64,000 bases of DNA from Yuukianura sp. NJ FZ-2021 (lineage: Eukaryota), in NCBI GenBank assembly GCA_046563655.1, contig CM102285.1, forward strand, positions 5,208,001-5,272,000. The letters are read 5' to 3'. The notes below the pieces were generated by a model. That model was given only the letters and a program-made list of their open reading frames with translations. It searched no databases and was not told the DNA's origin. Below are positions 40,509 to 52,877 of this stretch, in pieces (the first letter of the stretch is position 1; each line of letters opens with the position of its first letter). Made by a program: the position numbers and the translations under genes.

Positions 40509-41449
40509 GGGAGCGATGATGAGACCCTCTTGTAGCCATGGCACAAACTTCTTTTGAGTAGGCAACAACCTCTATGAAGTCATTAAAATCACCATGGTTT
40601 CCACTTGAGTTCCTTCTCCCACATCCAAATTCTCCATTCCTTGCTGAAATTCAACTTTATGATGAACTCTAAATGTCTCGACAAAACTAGGCTCATCCTC
40701 ACTGCAGCAATAAATAACACGTTTAATTTTTGGCACAATAACTTCATCTCTTCTCTCAATAAATTATCTAATCAACTCTTTCCACAACATTTCTAGATTC
40801 GAGTTTAGTACGAAGATTTTAGAAATACGAAGCTGTTGTGTTTTGTAGGGAGGGTGAATGTGAAGAACAAGAACTGGATCAAGATGCTAGTTCGGAAAGT
40901 TCCTCGGAAGAGGAGGATGGTGGCCTCATATGTTATTATTGGCAACAACATATTAAGCCAAGAGTTTACGTCGACAGGGAAACCGGGAAAAAATTAGCAA
41001 CGTAAGAATGATTTGATTGGTTTTCCAAAAAAACATGTAACTTAACTCATAATTTTTTGTAGACCATGTCAGTTCAGTATTAAGGTCGCTGCGATGATGC
41101 ACGAGAGGTGGGTCGAAGGACATCGGCTTGGGAAGAACGAAGATGGACCTCTTGAACCAGTAATTTTTACACCAACGCATATAATTCATAAAACGCTTTT
41201 TAGTATTATTAAGTGCTATTCGCTTTTTATGAAATTTAGATAAGCAGTGCAGGTTCTGAAAAGTGGAAACAGTATGTGGTTGGGCGTGGTCATGAAGCGG
41301 GAAAAAATATTTACCTCCAACTTAATTTGTATCTTTGTAGTTTAATAAAGGGTACAGTAATTATCTCACTCGGATGTTAGGGTTAGCGGGTTAGGAGCGG
41401 AAACTGTGAAATGCTCATGCTTCCAAAATAACTTCTGTTGAATGGATTA

Positions 41450-44400
41450 CAAATGAATTACCCCGAATGAATTTCCCCGAACCCAATTACAACAAAAGTT
41501 ACAGCGGACATGGATGTAATGTTTTGGTGCCTGACGGATACTGTACATCCCTCCAATGAGTTCCCTAACCAGTGACTCCACAATTGATACCCAACCGGAC
41601 ACTGCAAACGTTCTTCAGTTGCCGAATGCAAATCAGCCAAACACAAGAAGTTCAAACGAAAAGCCAGTATTTCAGTCGACGACAATTCTACTTCCATTGT
41701 CCCTAAGAAACAAAAAATGGCAAACGAAACTGTACTGGCAGCCATTAATCAGCTTCGAATTGATCTACAAAAGGACAACCACAAACTATCCCAGCAAATT
41801 ACCGACCTCTCATCTCAAATTACATCACTTCAAAGCCGAGTTTCTATTGTCGAATCAAGACAAGATGCGGACACTGTAAAAATATCCATACACGATAAGG
41901 AAATTGAACAAATCCAGATTTAACGCGGCAAATCAAACCTCATCCTCCATAAACTGAACAAGCTGACGAATGAAACCGAATCTCTACTTAACAATTACAT
42001 TGAAAATCTCTGCTCTGAATTCACTGGACTAAATAACACCAACTTCGTCTCTGCCGCCTGGTAACTTCAATAGCACTCGAATTCCTCCCGTAAAAATGGT
42101 TTTCAGATCCAGGAAAGAAAGAAACGCTGTTTGGGGAAAACGATTTGACTTGCCGACCTCACCACCTGGTGACAGACTTGTACTTAGAGACGACGTACCT
42201 AAAGCTACAGGAATCAACAGAGCACACAAACGCACGACAAATCCTACAATGTTGCCTCAACCTAGAGTTAGTAATTTTCGTCCAAACCAGAAATGACTAG
42301 ATCATCATGACGCGGCTCCATAAGCTTCCTGTAAAACATTGAAAATAACTGGACTTAATGTTTGTGGGTTCAATTCAAAATGTGAACTAATAAAAATACT
42401 AATTAACGATTACGATCTCGACGTTTTGTGTATCTCTGAAACGCATCTCAAGATCACTAACCCACCAAGATCAATTGAAGGATTTGAATTCTTGCGACTT
42501 GACACAGAATGGCAAGCAAAAGGAGGTGTAGGCATCCTCATTAAATCTACGCTGAAGACAAAAGTGAAAGTTATCACTTTGCCCCGTAACTGTAACTTTG
42601 AAGTGATTACCGCATCGATTCAACTCAACTACAACAAACGTTTTCTCGTCTCCAGTGTTTACCGCATTCCTAATTACTCTTCTGAAATAATCAACACTGA
42701 TTTAGACTCGTTAAACAAACTTTGTAATGGACTGAGTCTCATCAGGAAAAACTGCTTTGTCTTTGGAGACTTCAACTTGAACCATAAGTACATTCCTCCA
42801 AAACGTCGGTTAAAAAGACAACATCCATATTTCATCAACTAGTTGAGCAACCAACCAGGGTCAATACTGGACCTAATATGCACTAACTGAAAAACAACAG
42901 TAGTTGATCATTGTGACATCGATCCCCATATTTCTAACCATGCGATGACTCTTCTGAACTCAATTTGACGAAGCCAAATATTCCACGAGTGCAGTTTACG
43001 TATAAAGACTACAAAAATTTTGACATCGAGGAATTTGGCCTCAAGAATGTGTACACAACATTCCAAACCAGTGATATGGATTTAAATTTTTAGTTCCACG
43101 ATTTTATGCAGAACATCATAGCAAATTTTGAGGACACAGCAAAAACCAAAACTGTTTCATTTGTACCAAAAGTTGTGCCACTTACACTTTCACAAGAAAC
43201 CAAACATCTGATTTTATTAATGGACCAGCTTGGAAGTGTAAAAACTAAAGATCAAGTGCACAAACTCGAATTACAACAAATCAAAAAAAAGTGAAGTCGG
43301 AAGTATTACGTGATAGAAAAGACACATTAAACCTCGACATTGAAAAACTTGGCCCTTTTAATGCAATTTCAAAAGTCTGGTCAAAAACTAAATCAGAATT
43401 CAATAATCTTCCTATGAATGCAGATGAAATCAATGAATATTTTACTTCAATCACCACACCTCAAACAGTATCGACACTTTACCCAATCAAACCTACTACT
43501 ATGGTCACTCCTCCTGAAACTTTTGATCTCAAGGCAGTGACAGTTCATCAATTAAACAAGATTTGGAAAAATGTGAAAAACAAACAATCCAGAAGTTGTG
43601 ATCAATTCTGCATTTCAAACTGGATTATTTCCCACAGTGAAAGTGCACCTAACATAAAAACGCAAATACTAAATCTTGTAAACAAAAGCTTTGAAACAAA
43701 AGTGTTTTCAACATTGTTTCAACATTCCAAAATTATTCCACTGCCAAAAGTGAAAGCTCCAAAACACCCATTGGACGCTAGACCAATCTCCCTCCAACCA
43801 GTTCTATATAAACTCTTAGAAAAAGTTGCTCACAATCAACTGAGTTTTTGAACAGCCACTCTATACTGAATAAGGCCCAATTTGGGTTTCGACAACACCA
43901 CTCAACTACACTGGCTCAACTGGCACTAATGGACACAATATACTTTCACCTTAATCAAGCCGAAATCTGTCTGGTGATTTCCTTGGATCTCAAAAAGGCT
44001 TTTGACACGGTCAACAAAGGTTTCCTCATTGAGAAAATGCAGTGGTACAATATTTCAACTAAATGGTTTGAATCCTATCTTAGCAGTAGGTCACATCATG
44101 TAGACCTTCACAACTCAAGTTCAACTTCCCGTCCAACCATTTTGCCAGTTCCTCAAGCCTCCGTACTTGTTCCTCTACTGTTTGCCATTATGATAAATGA
44201 CCTTCTGGAAATCATCACTGATGCGTCTGCAATTCTATTTGCAGACGACAACAACATTGTGCTCGCAAGTCATCCAGACAATGTGAATTCCTTAATTCAG
44301 AGAGCAGAATTATTAATTGGAAAAATTAATAACTGGATGGAAGATAATCATATGTCACTGAATATACAAAAAAACCAAGGTGCTTTTGGTTGGGAAGAAG

Positions 44401-44980
44401 AAAATAATTGCCAAAATTGGCTTACTTCAACTACAAGTGGGAAACACTAGTGTGACAAGTGTAACCTCATTCAAATCACTCGGTCTAACCATTGATAGTT
44501 CCTTAACATGGTGTGAACATCACATCTACATAATCAGGAAATGCAATTCAATTCTGTGGTCACTCTACCCAATTCAGAATCTTTCTTTCCAAAAAACACA
44601 GGAAGTTAATGGTGACTTCATACATCTCTCCAACATTGCGATACATGCTGATCATTTGGGCAAACTGCAAAACCTCCCAATTTAAGTGCACTAACAAGAT
44701 TTTTCGGAAGAGAATAAGATTCATCTATCAATTCAGAATATATTTTGATATATATATATATATATATACACTATATATTTTGATCAACAGTAGGTCGGCA
44801 TACTAGACGAACAGTGCCATCCAAAAATCCGAAACAGTTGTTGTACGGTGAACCTTTTCTGGAAACTGCATCAGCAAACGTTTTGACCAAATCCATTGTC
44901 AACCAAGCATGTTGTAAACCACGAGTTCGATGGAAATGTTGATTTTTTTAAAAAAGTAATCATAAGCTTGTTTCAAATAA
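41450..44980 (+). mobile_element. Near full-length degenerate CR1/L2-clade LINE
   Basis: Coiled-coil ORF1 (~41718-42296). APE endonuclease NVCG, CISETHL, GGVGI, VYRIP, FGDFN. RT PLPK, RPISL, QFGFR, LDLKKAFDTV, FADD. Many stops and frameshifts; AATAAA at ~44976. Confidence 0.9.
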
Positions 44981-46154
44981 AGCGATTATAATCCCTTTTC
45001 AAATCTGAGGTGGTGCGCAGAGGCGCGGTGCGCCACTTTTTGGATTATAATCGCCCAAAAAAGAATCTACAAAAAAAAGGATATTTTCAGATTAATCTAC
45101 TCAGCTGAAGTTTTTCTCAGCAGAGTTACTGCTTTCAGATTTCTTAATTTTACGTTCAGTTAATTACTGTTGTGTAATTAAGACTAAAGTAACAAATAAC
45201 ATGCTAAAACGAGCTTGTAGTGACGTAGCCAGTACTTCTGCCGATGTAGCAAGCAATACTACTCATCAATTCAAATGGAAACCAGACGACAAACTTTGTA
45301 TGGCAGAGTACTTGGTAGAACTCTTCGAAGTGTACAAGGTAATTCAGCGTTAAATCTTCTACAGCACAGCAGTATTTTAATGTAAAATAATTGTAATACC
45401 AACATAACATCTAAAACGTTCCGGTTTTTCAGACCATTGGGGGAGAAGGTGATAAGAGACTTGATTTCTAACGAAAAATGAAACAGACTCTGGAGATTGC
45501 ACTGAGTATGTACTGATCAATAACTGAAAAATGGGTTCTCTTCCTTTCTGAACAAGAACTATGAGTTTCATGATAAGCTGAACTCGTCGGGATTCGGCTT
45601 TGTACACGGTAGATGCATCGTTAGATAAAGATATTCAATTCAGTCAATTACCATTCTCAATGAAAGTGCCAGCTGATGATTTAACTAATTTAACCTCTAC
45701 TTCTGTACTAGTTGCAACAATGATCGTATTTTGAAGTCTTGCACTGTGTTCTTGGCACGCGTCAAAACGTTACACCTCCCTTTATCCTCGACGCTACAGA
45801 AATTGGTCAAATCGGTAGTCCTGTTGAACCTAAGACGTCGAATGACCCAATTTCGAATGAAGTTGAAGAAGCTGATGAGTGTTTACCAATACGACCTGCC
45901 ATCAATACTGATGAAAACACGAGTCCTGTAACTTCGATTGTCAAATCGGCCTTCTCTCGTATCGGAATTCAGAAAACTGACTCTCAAAATCCAAAAAACC
46001 AACGATCCAAATGAAATCACAGCTTCATATTCTAAATTTTAATTATCTCAAAATTCCCATTACAAGTACAACACCGAACTGAGATTTCATTTGGATGAAT
46101 CCCTAATTTAATTTATAGTGAAATGTATAACTAAGCGGATATCAATATATTTCA

Positions 46155-46645
46155 GACTCCATCTGATCCTGGCCCTTACGCTCATTAACACCGGAATCAC
46201 CGATCCATATGTCTACAAAGGAGTATGGCCGATGGTGAAATCAAGTGCAAAAAATGGCCTTACAAAATTCGTTCTGGGCGGAGCAGCCCTGATAGGAGCG
46301 GATCACGCACTGGAAAAGACAGTTGACCATGCAAACGGGAAGGAAGATTCCTTTGATCCATGCGCATCGGAAATAAAGCAAAATTTGCAACTGGTATCGG
46401 GCTCTATTAGAATGCTAAGAGACCTACACGTCAACAACCAGAATGAGAAATCGTCAGCGGGTGACCCTGCAATCACCACTGACAGAAAAGACGAACCAGC
46501 GGACACGGCCATCATCATTCTCATATCCATAAGTATACTGCTTGCAATAATCATAATATTATTTTTGATCAAATTCTACTTGATTAACCAGAAACAAAAC
46601 AAACCGCCACCAACCCAAACTGTTAACACTACTCCCGTTGTTTGA
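46155..46645 (+). CDS. Hypothetical small single-pass membrane protein (last exon)
   Basis: After a TTTCAG acceptor: hydrophobic LHLILALTLI, Gly-rich FVLGGAALIGA, short coiled coil, strong TM AIIILISISILLAIIIILFLIKF and a short tail. Confidence 0.5.
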
Positions 46646-47230
46646 GCGTAAGGGTAGGGACAAGATTTATAATGAATTAGAAAAGGTTAATAACCTAAGA
46701 CAATGTAAAAATGAGAGAGAATCAGGCATAGTTTTAAGTTCAACATTTATTCATGTAAAACTGTAAACAGTTTCATGGACGCAAGTCCCAGGGAGCTAAT
46801 AAACTTTAATCCAATCCAATCCAAAATCCAAAAAACCGAAATTGCTGCATTTACTTTAATATGTTAACTTTATGTTTAACAGAGCGCCTGTGCCTAACAC
46901 ACAAATTATAAAAAATACGAATACAAATTTTTATAGTAAATCCAATTAATTGCTCTTTCTCGGATTCAGGCGGACTCATTTTAATTTTATCTAGTTTGAA
47001 ATCTAGAAGAAATAAGAATCAAAAGTTTAGTTTCTTAAAGTTAGTTTGCTTTAATATTTCCGCCAAAAATGTTTGAAAATAATCACTCTAAGAGTCGCTG
47101 CACTCAAATAAATCGATTATAATCCAAGCCAAGCTAAACAGTTTCACCAAATCCACATACCTAACAAGATTATTACGTTTCAATTTTTTTAAGGAGAGCC
47201 AGTTAGTTAAATAGCTTTATAACTGATTTA

Positions 47231-47708
47231 CAGTGTTGGTGGATATCCACTTTTTCGACATTTCATCCACGGCTGGATATCTAGTGGAAGAAATGGACGA
47301 AATGGATGAATCCAAAGGGGCGGAGCTTTGCCCTCTGAATTTGAATTAATTTACTACAAAAAACTAAAAAACATGAAAACACAGTACAAAAACTATGTAT
47401 ATATATATTTGGCAGGTGACTGTGAACTCAAATTTAATTGTTCAGAAATAAATTATTTTTTGACTTTAAAAAAAATGTATATATTGTTTTTAAATACGTT
47501 TTAAATAATATATTAATTATCATGGCGAAAGTAAAGCTTTCTGATATGATTTCGTAAATTTAAATTTGAATTAATTTGAATTTCGCGCAAAATTTGTGAT
47601 TTCTTCCATCCACTTTTAGTTTCGTCCATTTGGGGTGCGTTTCTTCCAGTGGATATCCACTGGAAGTGGCAATTAAGCCACTGGACGTTTAAGCGTCCAC
47701 CAACACTG
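47231..47708. mobile_element. hAT-derived MITE (478 bp)
   Basis: 13 bp TIRs CAGTGTTGGTGGA / TCCACCAACACTG; perfect 8 bp TSD CTGATTTA (47223-47230, 47709-47716); subterminal TGGA/TCCA motifs. Confidence 0.92.
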
Positions 47709-47716
47709 CTGATTTA

Positions 47717-48010
47717 CCTATTTGGGTAAGCCAATCTTCTTAGTAAGATGCAGAGTGCCTCGATCTCAACGACCCTTGTTCCCTGACACCGAATAACGTT
47801 ACCAATTTTCAAGTAATGTTTAAGTTGAAGAAGTTCTGATTTATGAAATCGGAAATTCAGGAAGCAAAATTCATCGTCAAAGTTCTCTAGTTTGAACAAC
47901 TTCTTCTTAACTTTAATTGGTGGCTTTCTAATGGTAGTATACAAAATAATTACATCCTCCACATCACTACCAGATAAGTGTGTAAGGAGTCTAACGGTAT
48001 TCAGGTCCAT
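47717..48010 (-). pseudogene. PIF/Harbinger (ISL2EU-like) transposase first exon
   Basis: DEFCFLNFRFHKSEL...EALCILLRRLAYPNR followed by a GTAAAT donor; downstream exons not found. Confidence 0.65.
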
Positions 48011-48448
48011 TTGCGTTTCAAAATTCGTTTTGTTTTAGATTCACTTTTTAATTAGTTAGTTTATAACTAGTTTTAAAACCAGAATTGAAAAGGGCTGGTG
48101 TCGTGTCACGTGTCTCGTACGATTTCAACCTCTAAATCCTACGTTCACTTATTGACCAACCGTAGGAGAGAAGGCTGACGTCTACGCGCGTTCTACGTTC
48201 AAACCTACAATTGCAATTTGCCTAATACCTCTGAGTCATTCTAATGTGTAAAATTAATTAAAGATTATATGTTTCTTGCCTTTAATTGTTGAAGCGTAGC
48301 TAGCAAGCGGTGCATGCACCTGTGGCTGACAAGACTAGGACAGTAATATAATAACCCCGAGTCGAGTCATTCTAATGTGAAGAATTAATTAAGAATTATA
48401 TTTGTTGACTTTAGCTGTTGAAGGGTAGCTAGCAAGCAGTGTATGCAG

Positions 48449-49571
48449 CGAAGCACGCCATTACATCGAAAAAAAGACATCGAAGGAAAAGACATCGGAG
48501 AAAAAGACATCGAAAAGAAACACATCGAAAATAGAAACACATCGAAAATATAAACACATCGAAACAAAAGACATCGAAAAGAAAGACATCGAAAATGCAA
48601 ACACATCGAAACAAAAGACATCGAAAACTAACCTCAGTCAGCCAAACCTACGCAAGCAATCACTATTGCGTGCCTTACCAAACCTAACGCCAAACCTAAA
48701 GTTTTCATTTTTAGACTGAAACTGCACGCACAAATTTCGTTGGAATTTCCGCGCCGAAGGCGCGGCGTTAGGTTTGGTAAAGCACGCAATAGTGATTGCG
48801 TGCGTAGGTTTGGCTGACTGAGGTTAGTTTTCGATGTCTTTTGTTTCGATGTGTTTGCATTTTCGATGTCTTTCTTTTCGATGTCTTTTGTTTCGATGTG
48901 TTTATATTTTCGATGTGTTTCTATTTTCGATGTGTTTCTTTTCGATGTCTTTTTCTCCGATGTCTTTTCTTTCGATGTCTTTTTTTCGATGTAATGGCAT
49001 GGACCCATATCCCGAAGCACGCCATTACATCGAAAAAAAGACATCGAAGGAAAAGACATCGGAGAAAAAGACATCGAAAAGAAACACATCGAAAATAGAA
49101 ACACATCGAAAATATAAACACATCGAAACAAAAGACATCGAAAAGAAAGACATCGAAAATGCAAACACATCGAAACAAAAGACATCGAAAACTAACCTCA
49201 GTCAGCCAAACCTACGCACGCAATCACTATTGCGTGCTTTACCAAACCTAACGCCAAACCTAAAGTTTTCATTTTTAGACTGAAACTGCACGCACAAATT
49301 TCGTTGGAATTTCCGCGCCGAAGGCGCGGCGTTAGGTTTGGTAAAGCACGCAATAGTGATTGCGTGCGTAAGGTTTGGCTGACTGAGGTTAGTTTTCGAT
49401 GTCTTTTGTTTCGATGTGTTTGCATTTTCGATGTCTCTCTTGTCGATGTCTTTTGTTTCGATGTGTTTATATTTTCGATGTATTTCTATTTTCGATGTGT
49501 TTCTTTTCGATGTCTTTTTCTCCGATGTCTTTTCTTTCGATGTCTTTTTTTCGATGTAATGGCATGGACCC
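48449..49571. mobile_element. Tandem dimer of a foldback (probably Mutator-like) MITE
   Basis: Two ~558 bp near-identical units (48449-49006, 49013-49571). Each is a long inverted repeat made of ACATCGAAAA-type minisatellite and AACCTA motifs. One flanking direct repeat GTATGCAG(CG) at 48441 and 49572. Confidence 0.85.
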
Positions 49572-50071
49572 GTATGCAGCGGTGCATGTAAGCTGTACTT
49601 GTAGTTAGCGTTATTTTTTAGGAAAATTTTAAAAATTGAAACATTAATTTTCCAATTTAATTTTTTTCAATAAAAAAAAAATTAAAATGTCTAATTTCAG
49701 AGAATATTAATTGCTTATTTGGGAGTAGTTTTAGTTCTAGTAGTTAAAATTCTGACTACATTGTAGCGTTAGTCACAAATACATTGTATTTGTGAGAAAT
49801 AAAAACTTGATAGTTTCGGATGATGTTGCCAACTTTGCCTGGAAATGTTCAACCGACTAATGGAGCAATAACAAGAAATACTGTGTCTCCTATCCCATCT
49901 TATATCTAGCCGAAAAGGCAAGGCAAGGCAGAACCTACCAACTAAATATTGTTCAGCTGAATGTTAAATACTGAATGTTTACCTAACCTAGTGTTTAGTT
50001 TAGTATTAGACTATGTATTTGTGTGATCGTATAATACAAGATTACCCAAGTAAATCCAAAAGTAGCTCCCG

Positions 50072-50775
50072 TCATTTGTTTGTAACTATTGCTTCCTCCT
50101 TGCGTTGTGTCACGTCTTTGCCATTTATAAATGCTCCTTCTTTTTTCAAGCTGATGTGGTTGTTATCCCTTGGTGCTCCTTCGCCATATGCAACGAAATT
50201 ATAGACGAGCTTTCCGAAGTGAGCTGTACACCAGTAGTGCCTGCGATGAAATATGTCCGTAACTGAAAACTCGTAAATTCCCGCCGATGGAATGATGGTA
50301 CTGAATTTTGAGAATGGATCTCTGCATTGGACAAGGGAGTCTAGATCAGCCACGTTTTCAATGCTGATACTGTGGATCTGAATTTGCTTGTGCTCTCCGT
50401 CCACAATTTTCACCATGTCCTTGCCGGATATGAATTGAACATCCCAATCCGCAGGCTTTTTATGCTCTTGTGAGGATATTGGTTGGTCGTTTGTATCTGT
50501 TTGACGGCGTTTGATAGTTGCCTTTTGCTCTCTCTAGTTAACAAGCATACAACAATTGAAAAATGTCGCATTACATCGGTAAGTGCATTGTCTTTAAGTC
50601 AATTTAATGTATCCCTTCTAACCTTTTGTCGTTGAAGGTCAGAGTTCTTCAGAAATTCCTCGTACGCCTTTACCTCCTCGTCCTCCGAAATCGTCATTAG
50701 CCCCAACATATACATAAGAAGCAGAATCACCACGAGGAAAATGAGAACGTACTTTCTTGAAGTTTGCAACCCCAT
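50072..50775 (-). CDS. Two-exon 204 aa protein with N-terminal TM/signal anchor and a plant self-incompatibility S1 (SPH)-like C-terminal domain
   Basis: Exon 1 50775-50623 (MGLQTSRKYVLIFLVVILLLMYMLGL...). Phase-0 GT-AG intron 50622-50534. Exon 2 is in frame to the stop at 50072. Domain pattern ISIEN..LVQCRD..YEFSV..YWCTAHF..FVAY..ISLKKEG. Confidence 0.7.
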
Positions 50776-52877
50776 ACTGTATTGGTGTCTGGTGCATGAA
50801 TCCTTTTTTTTCGAAACCGTTGACTAAAGCAGGACGTAGTAATCACGCCGATGATTCCCAATCCCAATTGTCTCCTTTGTTTGCTCTTCTGCGCAAATAG
50901 AAGTCCATGAATATTGATACTTATCGTTTAAAGGCACTGTCGTTTTGCGACGAAGGAAATTTTCACAAAGTATGTAACAGTACTCATGTTTTGAGGTACT
51001 GCATCCAAGTAATGACACTAGATTACGGCGGCGTTTAAATTAAGTTAGTTTTAAAATTAGGGTTTATCATTGGTAAGCGAGAGCGAGAGGAGAAGAAAAA
51101 GAAACCCCTTTTCCTTCACATTCTCTTAACCCAAAACCCCGTGCAAAACCCATTGACAACTTTCAAATCGATTTTCTATGAATCGGTAACCAGCGTCAGA
51201 ATCTAATTGCAGATTGGCGTTGGGATTCAACTTACGGAAATCTGTATCACAGCTGAAATATTAAACTTCAAATCCCTGTCGCCGCAAAACAATAGTTTTT
51301 CCGAAGGTAGGTAACTTACTTTTTCCAATTAACTAACCATTCATTAACAAGGAACAACGAAGAGTCACTATTGGTTTTTAAGGAAAAGAGGCCTGAGTCT
51401 GATGCAAAAATACTTAAATATGTACTAATATTCAATATACAAACTAACTTTTTCAAATATAAAATTTATAAAAACAAACTTTTCCACAAAATCAAGACAG
51501 AATGGTGTTGACATAACGTTTAACTCTATCCATTGTATCATCGCATTGTTAGATACTCCTACCATCTTTAGTGATTACAATTGGTGGCTAGGCTACACTG
51601 TGCGGTAGTGTATGTTGCCACCTTAGGTTAATGATATCTAAGTTCCCATTCATGTAAACCAGCCATTGCAGCCATTAAAAATCCCGGAGTGTGGTTACAG
51701 TTGCATAAAGCAGCCACAAAGACTAGTTTAAACCTTCCGTCGACCGAAAAAGGAGTTGACTAAATACGAGAATTCTCAGGACTTTAAAGATTCATCGTAA
51801 ATCCTTTGCTTGAGGTTTAGTGTATGGACAAAAACTGGAGAGAAAGTGCTACAGATTAGATGCGTAAATTTCGAAAAATTGAAAAACGTTGTAACAAGTT
51901 TGGCTCCAATGCTTCGGCTGCTAATAGTTTTTCAACCATGTAGTAAGGTCGTTTGTTGCAACCCGTACGGTTGCGAACTTTAGCCCTAAAACGCAATTGA
52001 CGCAATTCAAACGCGGATCACAGCCTGATGGCTGGGTTTCCTTTAGCTAAATATCCTGCGATCCACACTTTCGGCTTAAGAGTGTTTTGGGCTACCTTCC
52101 ACTACCCGAGTCCCTTAAGCAGTGTACTAATCGAATATTTAATGTACGGTTCAGCCGGCTGGTATCGTCGTCGACTGTTACACATTACAACAGTCCGAAA
52201 ATCATGAGAACCTGGAAATACGTTAGGACTACGGAAATGAATTTTACCACAAACTGTATAATACCAAACTTTGCTTTAATTAAATTGAAACCTCACAACA
52301 AATAATCTAAGTTGGGTTTTCTAGTATTAAACAACGTGCTTAATCGTTTTAAATGTTGCTGGTAGATACTTGTATTACCCTACCCCTTCAGAGAACTTAC
52401 AGAAGTTGAATAAATGTTTCCTAATTCGTATATAGTTGATGTAATATCAGTTCAGTTACTGTATGCTAACTATTGTAAGTAATCTGTTACCATAATGGGA
52501 TGTTTAGCAGGAAATGGGGAAAACTGCAAACTTAACTAAAAATCTAACACAGTATTTAAATAAAAACATATTGTACAGGAACGAATACTAATTTATCTCG
52601 CAGTGTTTTGATATTATTCTGTTATTAGAATGGAATGGCCTACATTCGAAAATTTGAAATCAAGAATAAGTTTTTAGAATTTTGTTGAAATTGACGATGT
52701 AGCTTGGTCTCCAGTTGAAACCAGTTTTAAGAGCATGCAGGAGTGTGATGTCCAGTAGGAATTTGAATTATGTGAGCTATAAGGTTTTAAAGCAGTTACA
52801 TACAGAAACGTATAAGTTGAAAAGCATTTTACGCAGGAAGAAAACAATTGGGATTTTTATAGTACATGGGCTCCGCG

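Larger units (their letters stand above)
36452..40790 (-). pseudogene. Polinton-type A32-like packaging ATPase, split by the BEL/Pao insertion (pieces ~40790-40509 and 36750-36452)
   Basis: Joined across the TSD it reads CGKS (partial Walker A), KIKRVIYCCSE, MVIL.DF (Walker B, frameshifted), ATRGSHHR(S/C)LNLIITVQDFF, LNSKYLVLFQNPRD, EAYEDTT, SYLF, SNVFP. Confidence 0.8.

Noticed and set aside
44739..44787. (TA)n tract flanked by duplicated ATATATTTTGAT inside the LINE
   Set aside because: Adequately explained by microsatellite slippage.
48385..49608. Many overlapping ORFs (MSFVSMCLHFRCL..., KKTSK...) and a superficially CRISPR-like array
   Set aside because: These are translation artefacts of a stop-poor minisatellite palindrome; there are no unique spacers and no cas genes.
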